A program made the position numbers and the translations under genes. Below the pieces are notes generated by a model. It was not told the DNA's origin. It did not search any database and was given only the letters and a program-made list of their open reading frames with translations. DNA of 64,000 nt from Acidimicrobiales bacterium (GTDB taxonomy: Bacteria > Actinomycetota > Acidimicrobiia > Acidimicrobiales > Iamiaceae): the NCBI GenBank assembly GCA_020439505.1, contig JAGQSO010000036.1:13393-77392 (forward strand). Direction: 5' to 3'. This document shows positions 21,327 to 30,441 of the stretch, in pieces (within the stretch, counting starts at the first letter, position 1; every line of letters starts with the position of its first letter).

Positions 21327-22084
21327 TTGCTCACGTCGGTGTCACGCTTGTTGACGAAGGCGTCGCGGTGCTCGTCGGCCACCCCTGACAGGTTGAGCTC
21401 GAAGGTGAAGCCCTGTTCGAAGCGGTAGCTGCGCTTGACGTCCCACAGGTCGATCCCGTTGAGGGACTCCTTGGCGGCGCGGATCACGGTGGGCGACTTG
21501 GCGGCGATCTGTTCGGCCACCGCCAGCGCCGCGTCTCGAAGCTCGGCGGCCGGGACCACCTCGAGCACCGAGCCGTAGGCGTGGAGCTCGGCCGCGGTGG
21601 CGGTGGCCGAGGTGTACACCATGGCCCGCATCTTGTGCTGGGGAACGAGGCGGCTCAGGTGGGTGGCGGCGCCCAGGGCACCCCGGTCCACCTCGGGCAG
21701 ACCGAAGGTGGCGTCGTCGGCGGCCACGATCACATCGGCGTTGCCGATCAGGCCGATACCACCGCCCACGCAGAACCCGTTGACCGCGGCGATGACCGGG
21801 ACCTTGCACTCGTACACGGCGGCGAAGGCCTCGTAGCAGCCCCGGTTGGCACCGATGAGGGCGTGGAACCCTTCGGTGGCCTGCATCTCTTTGATGTCGA
21901 CGCCGGCGTTGAAGCCCTTGCCTTCGGCTCTCAGGACGACGACGCGTACCGCCTGATCGTCGCCCAGACGGCGGAGCACGTGGGCCAGCTCGAACCATCC
22001 GGCGACGGTGAGTGCGTTCACCGGAGGATTGTCCATGACCACCTCAGCGATCCCCCGCTCATCGACGTGCGACGTGATCCCCAT
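21323..22084 (-). CDS. echA20: Enoyl-CoA hydratase EchA20
   Basis: PPVNAL, GFNAGVDIKEMQ, FGLPEVDRGALGAATHL, SYRFEQGFT. Confidence 0.9.
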   Translation of the reverse strand: MGITSHVDERGIAEVVMDNPPVNALTVAGWFELAHVLRRLGDDQAVRVVVLRAEGKGFNAGVDIKEMQATEGFHALIGANRGCYEAFAAVYECKVPVIAAVNGFCVGGGIGLIGNADVIVAADDATFGLPEVDRGALGAATHLSRLVPQHKMRAMVYTSATATAAELHAYGSVLEVVPAAELRDAALAVAEQIAAKSPTVIRAAKESLNGIDLWDVKRSYRFEQGFTFELNLSGVADEHRDAFVNKRDTDVSK

Positions 22085-22099
22085 TGGCTCCCAGACTTT

Positions 22100-22114
22100 C
22101 TGATAGGTCGTCAG
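22100..22114. promoter_or_regulatory. Operator
   Basis: ttCTGATAggtCGTCAGat just upstream of the echA20 RBS. Confidence 0.78.
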
Positions 22115-22235
22115 ATTTGCTGGACCACCGTAGCCGACCCCCTGTCGAGGAGGCCCAGCCGACTGGACCTGTCCGCTAGCAACCTGAGCCGGACTCAGGG
22201 GCCGACTGGGGGTCATGGCCGGTACGGTGCCGGTC

Positions 22236-23000
22236 ATGACGATCTCTATCGACCTGACCGGCCGGGTGGCGTTGGTGACCGGAGGCGCCCGCGGCGTCGG
22301 ACGGGGTATCACCGAACGACTCCTCTCCGCCGGGGCCGTCGTGGTGGTGTGCGGACGTTCGGCGCCTGACCCTGGGGCCCTGCCCCATGGCGTCGAGTTC
22401 CGGACCACCGACGTGACCGACGCGGTGGCGGTGAACGAGCTCATCGACGCCGTCGTCGCCGAACACGGCCGTCTCGACATCGCGGTGAACAACGCCGGGG
22501 GAAGCCCCGGCACCGGGGCGGCCACCGCGTCGCCCCGCTTCAGTGAGAAGATCATCGCCTTGAACCTGACCTCGGCGCTCCACGTCGCCCAGGCGGCAAA
22601 CCGGGTGATGCAGGGACAGGACACCGTCGGGTCGATCGTCAACGTGACCAGCCTCTCGGGCCTGCGGCCCTCGCCGGGGACCGCGGTGTACGGCGCCGCC
22701 AAAGCGGGGTTGATAAGCCTGACCACCAGCCTGGCCATGGAATGGGCCCCCAAGGTTCGCCTCAACTGCGTGTCGGCGGGGATGGTCCGAACCGAATTGT
22801 TCGAGCAGTACTACGGCGGACCCGAAGGTGCCGCGGCGGTGGAGGCGACGGTCCCCCTGGGCCGCGTCGCCAGTCCGGCCGATATCGGCGACGCGGTGAC
22901 ATGGCTGTCGAGCGACCTGGCGTCCTACGTGAGCGGGGCGAATCTGGTCGTGCACGGCGGAGGCGAGCAGCTCAAGTTCTTCGACCACCAGACGGGGTGA
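22236..23000 (+). CDS. SDR oxidoreductase (Rv3549c-like)
   Basis: TGGARGVG, NNAGGSP, RPSPGTAVYGAAK, VHGGGE. Confidence 0.88.
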   Translation: MTISIDLTGRVALVTGGARGVGRGITERLLSAGAVVVVCGRSAPDPGALPHGVEFRTTDVTDAVAVNELIDAVVAEHGRLDIAVNNAGGSPGTGAATASPRFSEKIIALNLTSALHVAQAANRVMQGQDTVGSIVNVTSLSGLRPSPGTAVYGAAKAGLISLTTSLAMEWAPKVRLNCVSAGMVRTELFEQYYGGPEGAAAVEATVPLGRVASPADIGDAVTWLSSDLASYVSGANLVVHGGGEQLKFFDHQTG

Positions 23001-23091
23001 CCCGTCCGGTCAACCAGGGTTTCCACCGAGAACGTCCGACACGCCACGAAACGTGACGCACGGCATAGGTCTAAATGCCTAGTATCAAGCC

Positions 23092-24621
23092 ATGGCGGTC
23101 GACGAACACCTCCCCCCCACCAGTTCGACACCAACCGGAAGCCGCGTTTCTGAGGCGACTTCGGGGCGATGCGGACACGAACCGGTCAGCGGCGGCTGGT
23201 CCCCCGTGGATCACGCCCGACGACCCCTACCCCGGTTCCGGCTCTACACGCCGCCCGGGCTCGCCCCCCAGCTCCGACCGAACCCTCCGGTAACGGCCAC
23301 CGCTCCACGGGCCCGCCTCGCCCCGGGATCTGGATCGGGATCGGGATCTGGATCGGGCGATGGTCTCCCGCCGTTGCCTCGGCGGCGCGCCCCACACCCG
23401 ACAGATCTCCAGCCGGAACGGGAGCCGAGCGGCACGGGACTCCTCGACTCAGGTGCAGGACCCTTCCCATCCACCCTCGAGGCTCCGGTGATCGACCTTC
23501 GCCTCATCGAACAGATCGGCTTCGACCGGGCGGTCGCCACCGGAAGGGTCGGCGGTGGCGGTTCGTCAGGCCACACACCTTCGGTCCCGCTCCACCGACC
23601 GGGCACGCGGCCCGGCAGCCTCCACCGCTCTCCCCCACCCCACCCGTCGACTTCGCTGCGTACCGTCACCCGACGGGGGCGACGCACGGTCCGCAAGCTG
23701 CGTTGGCACGCCGAAAGCCAGTTCACGCGGTGGTGGACCGCGGTCGGTCGCGCCGCACGGCGTCTCGACCGTGACGCCACCCGTCATGAGCTTCCGCGCC
23801 TGAAGGTCCTGCTGACCGCGCTGGCCATCACCGCCGCCGTCGCCGCGGCGGCCACCGTCGCCTACGTGGGCCCGACCGACCGGTTCGTCACCACCATGCG
23901 GCCCCTGCGTCACGACCAGCGCGTCACCGACCAGATGGCAGAGGACATCGCCGCCACCCTGTCCGCCCCAGGCGCCGCCGGGGGAATGGATCCGGCTCAG
24001 GCCGAGGTGAACGCCCGTCGCTTCGTCGACAGCCGCGAGTTCGATTCTGCGTGGGAACAGTTCCTGGTGGACGCCCGCGACGGTGAGGTGACCGGGTCCT
24101 ACGCGCCGGTCGGGAAGGCCCCCGCGATCAGCGAACGCTACGCCGACCAGCTTTCGGGACTCGTCGGAGTGGCCGAACGCGCCAAAGCGGTGACCCTGGC
24201 CGTCTCCCTCCTGAGCGTTGTGGCGCTGTTCGTCCGATCCCGCCGGCGGATGCACCTGACGGTGGCCCTGTCCGCGCTGACCGCGCTCACCGCGGTGGTC
24301 CTCGCCATCGCCGCCCCGGTCGCCTTCGCCACCGCCGCGCATCTCGTGGCATCAGGGTCGATGCTGCCCCTGACCCAGGCAGCAGGAGAGGAGATGGTGG
24401 GGCCTGCCCGTCGTTGGCTGCTGGCCCTGTCCACCGGTGCGATCCTGGTCGGTCTACTGGCCCAGAGCGTCCGGGTCACCCGACGGTCGAAGTCCTCGGG
24501 CCACGGTCATCCTCGTCAAACCCGCGGGGGACACCGGCCCACCGCTTCGCCCGTCCGTCCCGTCGCTCCAGCCCGATCCGGCGCGGCTGTGAGCCAGCGC
24601 GCTTTGTCAGCCCACCGGTAG
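23092..24621 (+). CDS. Hypothetical membrane protein with long disordered N-terminus
   Basis: Long ORF, about 4 TM segments in the C-terminal half; start uncertain. Confidence 0.55.
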   Translation: MAVDEHLPPTSSTPTGSRVSEATSGRCGHEPVSGGWSPVDHARRPLPRFRLYTPPGLAPQLRPNPPVTATAPRARLAPGSGSGSGSGSGDGLPPLPRRRAPHPTDLQPEREPSGTGLLDSGAGPFPSTLEAPVIDLRLIEQIGFDRAVATGRVGGGGSSGHTPSVPLHRPGTRPGSLHRSPPPHPSTSLRTVTRRGRRTVRKLRWHAESQFTRWWTAVGRAARRLDRDATRHELPRLKVLLTALAITAAVAAAATVAYVGPTDRFVTTMRPLRHDQRVTDQMAEDIAATLSAPGAAGGMDPAQAEVNARRFVDSREFDSAWEQFLVDARDGEVTGSYAPVGKAPAISERYADQLSGLVGVAERAKAVTLAVSLLSVVALFVRSRRRMHLTVALSALTALTAVVLAIAAPVAFATAAHLVASGSMLPLTQAAGEEMVGPARRWLLALSTGAILVGLLAQSVRVTRRSKSSGHGHPRQTRGGHRPTASPVRPVAPARSGAAVSQRALSAHR

Positions 24622-25809
24622 CCAATGCCGGGCGGCGGCCACCAGGGCCGCGGTTCCCAGCGTGATCGTCGGTTCCGGCACCGGTGCGAAGGCCGGGGAG
24701 TGGTTGCTGGGCAGCGTCGCCACCTTCTCTCCGAACTCTCGAACCGTGCTGAGACCCTCGAAGTGCGAGGGATCGGCACCACCCAGCAACCAGTAGACGC
24801 ACGGGCAGTCGGCCTCGGTGGCGAACAGGCCGACGTCCTCGCTTCCGGCGACCGATCCCGGGTCGATGACCAGAGCCCCAGTGGAGGCCAACGCCGGACG
24901 GGTGGCCTCACAGGCGTCACCGTCGTTGACCACGGCGTCGCACCGCTCGAGGTGGCGGATCTCGGGATCCCGGGGTGCGCCGGCGCTGGCCGCTTCACCG
25001 TTCACGATCCGCTCGATAGCCCCCAACACCCGAGACCTGACCGCCTCGTCGTAGGTCCGAACGCTCACGTCCATGGTCGCCACCGGCGGGATGATGTTCG
25101 ACTTGGTGCCGGCCGAGAGACGACCGACCGTCACCACCGCCATGTCTTTGGGGTTGACCTCCCGGGACACCACCGTCTGGAGGCGCATCACCGTCGAGGC
25201 CGCCATCACCACCGGATCGACGGTGGTGTGGGGGCTCGATCCGTGGCCACCGGTGCCGTGGAGCGTTATCGACAAGCCGTCGACGGCGGCGAACGCCGGG
25301 CCGGTGTGCAGTCCGATGACCCCCGCCGGCAGAGGTGCCACGTGCTGGCCGAGCACGACCACCGGGCGTCCGTAGCGTTCATAGAGGCCGTCGTCGAGCA
25401 TGGCCCGGGCACCGACTATCAGTTCCTCGGCCGGCTGGAAGACGGCCAGCAGGGTCCCCGACCAGGTGCTGCGGCTCGCCGCCAGTTCTTCGCACGCCGC
25501 CAGTAGGCAGGTGACGTGGAGATCGTGGCCGCAGGCGTGGGCCACTCCCTCCACCGAGGACGAGTATGGAAGCCCCGTCTGTTCGGTCACCGGCAGGGCG
25601 TCCATGTCGGCTCGAACCAAGACCGTGGGGCCGTCGCCGTTTCGGATGACTCCGACCACGCCGGTTCGCCCGACGCCGGTCTCCACTTCGAAGCCGAAAT
25701 CCCTCAGAGCATCCGCCACGATCCCCGCCGTCCGGTGCTCGTCGAAGCTCAGTTCGGGATGGCGGTGGAGGTCCTCATATACCTCGACCCATGGCGTTGT
25801 CGTCGACAT
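24607..25809 (-). CDS. M20 amidohydrolase (hippurate hydrolase-like)
   Basis: LHRHPELS, RADMDALP, HACGHD, FQPAEE, GSED, NHSP. Confidence 0.92.
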   Translation of the reverse strand: MSTTTPWVEVYEDLHRHPELSFDEHRTAGIVADALRDFGFEVETGVGRTGVVGVIRNGDGPTVLVRADMDALPVTEQTGLPYSSSVEGVAHACGHDLHVTCLLAACEELAASRSTWSGTLLAVFQPAEELIVGARAMLDDGLYERYGRPVVVLGQHVAPLPAGVIGLHTGPAFAAVDGLSITLHGTGGHGSSPHTTVDPVVMAASTVMRLQTVVSREVNPKDMAVVTVGRLSAGTKSNIIPPVATMDVSVRTYDEAVRSRVLGAIERIVNGEAASAGAPRDPEIRHLERCDAVVNDGDACEATRPALASTGALVIDPGSVAGSEDVGLFATEADCPCVYWLLGGADPSHFEGLSTVREFGEKVATLPSNHSPAFAPVPEPTITLGTAALVAAARHWLPVG

Positions 25810-25862
25810 GAGCCGAACCATAGGGCCCGCCCGGAACCGACGCGCCGGAGGTAGCGCCGTTG

Positions 25863-26009
25863 TCAGGTGTAGACGCTGGCCACCGACAACGCCACGATCA
25901 GCAACACCACCACCAGCACCAGGATCAACGCCGGTCCGGTCGGGTGCTGGGGTCGCTCGGCCTCAAGCGGAGGGCGGGCACGGCGCGCAGGGTCAGATGG
26001 GGTTGTCAT
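25863..26009 (-). CDS. Small single-TM protein (48 aa)
   Basis: ATGA overlap with the DUF2889 gene; ALILVLVVVLLIVALSVASV. Confidence 0.55.
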   Translation of the reverse strand: MTTPSDPARRARPPLEAERPQHPTGPALILVLVVVLLIVALSVASVYT

Positions 26010-27178
26010 CGGCTTTCTCCCCGAGAGAGAGCGGCCGACTCCCACAGGTGGCGGACGTCGGCCAGGGAACGAAACAGGTCGTTGAGGTGGGTGCAGGTCG
26101 AGGTTCCGGTCATCTCGTCCCGCACCCAGTGGCGCAGGTCCACCACCCGTCGGCCGACCAGCCGTTCCGCACTCAGCGCGGCCGACGGGCATTCGGGGGC
26201 CGGCAGCGGACCGGGCACCGCGGTGGCGGCGGTGACGATCCAAGTCGAAGGGTCGATGCGAGCCGTGAACGCATACTCGTGCACCACCGTCTCGACCGCC
26301 CCGACTTCACCCGACTCGTCGCGCCGATCGCCGTAGGTGTCGCGGAAGACCACCGTCACCTGCACCGGTGCCGAGGCGGTCCTGCCGTCGGGTCCGACCC
26401 CTCTCCACAGGTCGATGAGACGTCGCCGCCGCATCGCCTTGGGCCCCAGGTCTTCGACCGGGTGCCACGACATCGGATCGACTTCCCCGTCGACCAGCGA
26501 TCCCAGCGGGGGCGCCTCGGGCCCCCAGCCCAACAGAGGCACACCGGTGGTGGCCACCGCCTTGACCATCTCCCCGTCGGCCGCCCACCCGGCACAGATG
26601 TCGACGGGAAGCTTGCGCGGTCGAGGGCCGCCGAGCGCCACCGAGGTCTCCCCCGGGGGTGATCCGACCACGGTGTTGGTGGTGGCCGAAGCCGGCAAAG
26701 CCCGATCCAGGCCGCTCAACAGGCCCGCCCGGACCAGCACCGACCCGGCGATGAGCGTGGCCGGCGGTGTGTCGTCGAGCAACTGGTGGACCAGAGATCC
26801 CCCGCCCACCAGTTCGGGAGCGACGCCGGCGAGCGCCCGCCGGAAACCCGAACCGGCCCGCTGGCCGATCAGCTCGGCCAGCGGGGCGTCTGAACCCGCC
26901 CCCGACGTCGAATCGACGACGACCTCGGTGACCGCCCGGTCCACTCCCGCCGACACCGTCAGCGACGTGGCCGCCGCGTCGATCAGGTACGGCTCGCCGT
27001 CGATCCCGGTGGCGAGGTCCCGTCCGATCCCGCTCAGCACCAACGGGCCCAGCAGGCCGTCGGGTCGAACCATGTCGATGGTGGTCGTCCGACGCACCGA
27101 CCCTCGACGCCGACGGGGTGAACCGGTGGCCGGGGCCACCGTTCCCGGCCACCGGCGTTCGTCGTCGAGTGAGGTCAT
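26006..27178 (-). CDS. DUF2889-family protein
   Basis: SVRRTTTID, DICAGW, MRRRRLID, VHEY, LPAPECP, CTHLND. Confidence 0.8.
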   Translation of the reverse strand: MTSLDDERRWPGTVAPATGSPRRRRGSVRRTTTIDMVRPDGLLGPLVLSGIGRDLATGIDGEPYLIDAAATSLTVSAGVDRAVTEVVVDSTSGAGSDAPLAELIGQRAGSGFRRALAGVAPELVGGGSLVHQLLDDTPPATLIAGSVLVRAGLLSGLDRALPASATTNTVVGSPPGETSVALGGPRPRKLPVDICAGWAADGEMVKAVATTGVPLLGWGPEAPPLGSLVDGEVDPMSWHPVEDLGPKAMRRRRLIDLWRGVGPDGRTASAPVQVTVVFRDTYGDRRDESGEVGAVETVVHEYAFTARIDPSTWIVTAATAVPGPLPAPECPSAALSAERLVGRRVVDLRHWVRDEMTGTSTCTHLNDLFRSLADVRHLWESAALSRGESR

Positions 27179-27255
27179 CGATCCGTTCTACCGGTCCGAC
27201 CGGTCGGGGTGCACCTTCTGGCGACGTGCTTCACCTTTTCGGGCCGACCGGCAAT

Positions 27256-27270
27256 CTGACATACCATCAG
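27256..27270. promoter_or_regulatory. Operator
   Basis: atCTGACAtacCATCAGaa between the divergent DUF2889 and DUF35 genes. Confidence 0.75.
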
Positions 27271-27318
27271 AAACCCAGCCCCGAGCCGGTCGGGGTTCTC
27301 GGTCACACGGGAGTCGGT

Positions 27319-27789
27319 ATGACCACCAGGACGCGGGTACCAGCGTTGGGCGCCGAGGGGTGGTTCACCCCCGACGCCGACCAGCCCACCCTCCTAGGCC
27401 AGCGGTGCACCACCTGCGGCACCTACGCCTTCCCCAAGGCCGACTACGGGTGCCCGAACCCGGCATGCGTGGGAACCGACTTCGAGGAGGTTCCGCTGTC
27501 GCGACGGGGCACGGTGTGGAGCTACACCGACGCCCGCTACCAGCCCCCGCCCCCCTACGTCGTGCCGACCGACGAGCACGTCCCGTTCTGCATCGCCGCC
27601 GTACAACTAGAGGCCGAAGGCCTGGTGGTAATGGGTCAACTCGTCGCCGGGGTAACCGTCGATGACCTCAACGTGGGAACCGAGGTGGAACTGGTGGTGG
27701 ACATCCTGTTCAGCGACGACGACCACGACTATCTGGTGTGGAAGTGGCGGCCGATCGAGGCGGCCGATACCCGCGAGGGGGGCAACTGA
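27319..27789 (+). CDS. Zn-ribbon/OB-fold (DUF35) protein
   Basis: CTTC...CPNPAC, GTVWSYT, VMGQ. Confidence 0.88.
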   Translation: MTTRTRVPALGAEGWFTPDADQPTLLGQRCTTCGTYAFPKADYGCPNPACVGTDFEEVPLSRRGTVWSYTDARYQPPPPYVVPTDEHVPFCIAAVQLEAEGLVVMGQLVAGVTVDDLNVGTEVELVVDILFSDDDHDYLVWKWRPIEAADTREGGN

Positions 27790-28988
27790 TGGGAGCGAAC
27801 GACATCGCCGTGCTCGGCGTGGGCATGCACCCGTGGGGCAAGTGGGGACGCAACTTCGTGGAGTACGGCGTGGCCGCGGCCCGAGACGCCATCCGTGACG
27901 CCGGGATCGACTGGACCGACGTCCAGTTCGTCTCCGGCGCCGACACCATGCGCAACGGGTATCCGGGCTACGTGGCGGGAGCGACCTTCGCCCAGGCCCT
28001 CGGCTGGACCGGGGCCCGGGTGGCTTCGAGCTATGCCGCCTGCGCGTCGGGGGTGACCGCCATCGAGGCCGCCCGTACTCGGATCCTCGCCGGCCTGTGC
28101 GACGTGGCGCTGGTGGTGGGGGCCGACACCACCCCCAAGGGTTTCCTGGCCCCCAACGCCGGAGACCGGCCCACCGATCCCGACTGGCTGAGGTTCCGTC
28201 TGGTCGGCGCCACCAACCCGACCTACTTCGCGCTGGCCGCCCGCCGCCGCATGGACCTCTACGGCGCGACCAGTGCCGACTTCGCCCGGGTGAAGGTCAA
28301 GAACGCCACCAACGGCCTGACCAATCCCAACGCCCGCTACCAGAAGGCGGTGAGCGTGGAGGAGGTGCTGGCCAGCCCGGTGGTGGCCGATCCCCTCCAT
28401 CTTCTGGAGATCTGCGCCACCTCCGACGGCGGCGCCGCCATCGTGTTGTCCTCCATGGAGTTCGCTCAACGCCACACCGGATCGGCGGGGAGCCCGGTGC
28501 GCATCGCTGCCGTGTCGACGGTGACGCCCACCTACCCGAACACCGTGATCGACCTACCCGACATGGCCACCGACTCCACCGCGGTCGTCGCCGCCCCGGC
28601 CCGGGCCTTCAAGGAATCGATCGCTCACGCCGCCTATGAGGAGTCGGGCATCGGCCCCGAGGACCTTTCGTTGGCCGAGGTCTACGACCTGTCCACCGCC
28701 CTCGAACTCGACTGGTACGAGGACATCGGCCTGTGCGCCCGGGGCGAAGCCGAGAAGCTCCTCAACGACGGTGACACCTCGCTGGGCGGGCGCATCCCGG
28801 TCAACCCGAGCGGCGGACTGGCCTGCTTCGGCGAGGCCGTTCCCGCCCAGGCCATCGCCCAGGTGTGCGAGGTGACCTGGCAGCTGCGAGGTCAGGCCAC
28901 CGGACGCCAGGTCGATGGTGCCACGTCGGGCATCACCGCCAACCAGGGCCTGTTCGGCCACGGCTCCGCCGTCCTGCTGGCCCGCTGA
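27789..28988 (+). CDS. Lipid-transfer-protein/SCP-x type thiolase-like protein
   Basis: GVGMHPWGKW, YAACASG, ICATSDG, VNPSGG; TGATG-coupled to the DUF35 gene. Confidence 0.88.
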   Translation: MGANDIAVLGVGMHPWGKWGRNFVEYGVAAARDAIRDAGIDWTDVQFVSGADTMRNGYPGYVAGATFAQALGWTGARVASSYAACASGVTAIEAARTRILAGLCDVALVVGADTTPKGFLAPNAGDRPTDPDWLRFRLVGATNPTYFALAARRRMDLYGATSADFARVKVKNATNGLTNPNARYQKAVSVEEVLASPVVADPLHLLEICATSDGGAAIVLSSMEFAQRHTGSAGSPVRIAAVSTVTPTYPNTVIDLPDMATDSTAVVAAPARAFKESIAHAAYEESGIGPEDLSLAEVYDLSTALELDWYEDIGLCARGEAEKLLNDGDTSLGGRIPVNPSGGLACFGEAVPAQAIAQVCEVTWQLRGQATGRQVDGATSGITANQGLFGHGSAVLLAR

Positions 28989-28990
28989 CC

Positions 28991-29015
28991 GCGCCGCGCC
29001 GCGCCGCGCCGCGCC
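28991..29015. repeat. (GCGCC)5 microsatellite between convergent genes
   Basis: Five perfect GCGCC units. Confidence 0.85.
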
Positions 29016-29029
29016 GGGGAGCTCCGGTA

Positions 29030-29146
29030 TCAGTTGGTCCGGTCGGGAACCTTGCGCTCGGGGTGATCGACGTGGATGTGGGTCTGGAGCTCCGTCACCA
29101 AGGCGAAGCGAAGCTCACAGAACGGGCACTGGTGAACCTCGGTCAT
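29030..29146 (-). CDS. 38-aa C2H2 zinc-finger microprotein
   Basis: MTEVHQCPFCELRFALVTELQTHIHVDHPERKVPDRTN = C-x2-C-x3-F-x5-L-x2-H-x4-H. Confidence 0.7.
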   Translation of the reverse strand: MTEVHQCPFCELRFALVTELQTHIHVDHPERKVPDRTN

Positions 29147-29186
29147 AGCGCCATCCTCGCGCCCCCGGCCCCTCACCGAAAGGGCT

Positions 29187-29648
29187 CTAGGCCAGGTAGC
29201 GGCTGAGGCTCTCCACCACGCAGACCGGCTTCTCGGAGCCCTCACGCTCGACGGTTATGACCATCATGGTGTCGATCCCGCCCTTCACGTCAACCACCTC
29301 GGCCAACTCCACCCCGGCACGGAGACGGGAACCGACCGGCACCGGAGAGGGAAAGCGGATCTTTCCGGTCCCCCGGTTGACGCCCAGGGACACCCCCTGC
29401 ACGTCGACCACCTGAGGCAGGAACAGGTTGGTCAGCGAGAGGGTCAGGTAGCCGTGGGCGATCGGTCCGCCGAAGGGCGACTCGGCCATGGCCCGTTCCA
29501 CGTCCACGTGGATCCACTGATGGTCACCGGTGGCCTCGGCGAACGTGTTGACCTGCTCCTGGGTCACGGTGACCCAGTCGCTGTAGCCGAGGTGGGTACC
29601 GACCGCGGCACGCACCTCGTCGATTCCGTTGAACGTCGTCACCGCCAT
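29187..29648 (-). CDS. MaoC-family dehydratase
   Basis: FAEATGDHQWIHVD, IAHGYLTLSL. Confidence 0.92.
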   Translation of the reverse strand: MAVTTFNGIDEVRAAVGTHLGYSDWVTVTQEQVNTFAEATGDHQWIHVDVERAMAESPFGGPIAHGYLTLSLTNLFLPQVVDVQGVSLGVNRGTGKIRFPSPVPVGSRLRAGVELAEVVDVKGGIDTMMVITVEREGSEKPVCVVESLSRYLA

Positions 29649-29652
29649 CTGA

Positions 29653-30441
29653 TCACGCCCTCTGTGAACTGACCGGTACGACCTCGCCGGTCATGTAGCT
29701 CGAATAGTCGCTGGCCAGGAACACCATGACGTTGGCGACCTCCCACGGCTCGGCGTAACGGCCGAACGCCTCCCGCTGGGTCAGCTCGTCGAGCAGCTCG
29801 TCGGTGGTCACCTTGGCCAGGAACGGATGCATCGCCAGGCTGGGAGCAACTGCGTTCACCCTGATGCCATGGGGCGCGGCTTCCACCGCCGCACACCGGG
29901 TCAGCGCCATCACTCCGGCCTTGGCTGCGGCGTAGTGCGCCTGTTCGGTCTGGGCCCGCCAACCCAGCACCGAGGCGTTGTTGACCATGACACCGCCGCG
30001 GCCCCGTTCGATCATGTGGCGCATCACCGCCCGGGTGCATCGGAAGGTACCGGTCAGGGTCACGTCGAGGACCGTGTTCCACTGCTCGTCGGTCATGTCG
30101 ACCAGCAACGCCGAGCCCCCGAGGCCGGCGTTGTTGATCATCACGTCGATCCCGCCGAGGCCGTCGACCGCCGCCGACACCAGGGATTGGACGTGGTCCT
30201 CGTCGGTGACGTTGCAGACCTGGGTGAGGGGCCGGGTGCCGGTCTCTTCGGCCAGGCGGTCGGCGGTCTCGCCCAACCGCCGCTCGTGGAAGTCCGAGAT
30301 CATCACCGTGGCTCCTTCCTCGATGGCCCGACGGGCCACGGAAGAACCGATTCCGGTGCCGGCGGCGGCGGTGACCACCACGGTCTTGCCGGCCAGCAGC
30401 CCGTGACCGGGCACATAGTCGGGGGCAGCTTTCACGGTCAT
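29653..30441 (-). CDS. ipdF: IpdF SDR
   Basis: GHGLLAGKTVVVTAAAGTGIG, HERRL, NNASVLGWRAQ, YAAAK. Confidence 0.88.
   Translation of the reverse strand: MTVKAAPDYVPGHGLLAGKTVVVTAAAGTGIGSSVARRAIEEGATVMISDFHERRLGETADRLAEETGTRPLTQVCNVTDEDHVQSLVSAAVDGLGGIDVMINNAGLGGSALLVDMTDEQWNTVLDVTLTGTFRCTRAVMRHMIERGRGGVMVNNASVLGWRAQTEQAHYAAAKAGVMALTRCAAVEAAPHGIRVNAVAPSLAMHPFLAKVTTDELLDELTQREAFGRYAEPWEVANVMVFLASDYSSYMTGEVVPVSSQRA

Noticed and set aside
23326-23358. GGATCK hexamer repeat
   Set aside because: Encodes a simple Gly-Ser linker in a disordered region
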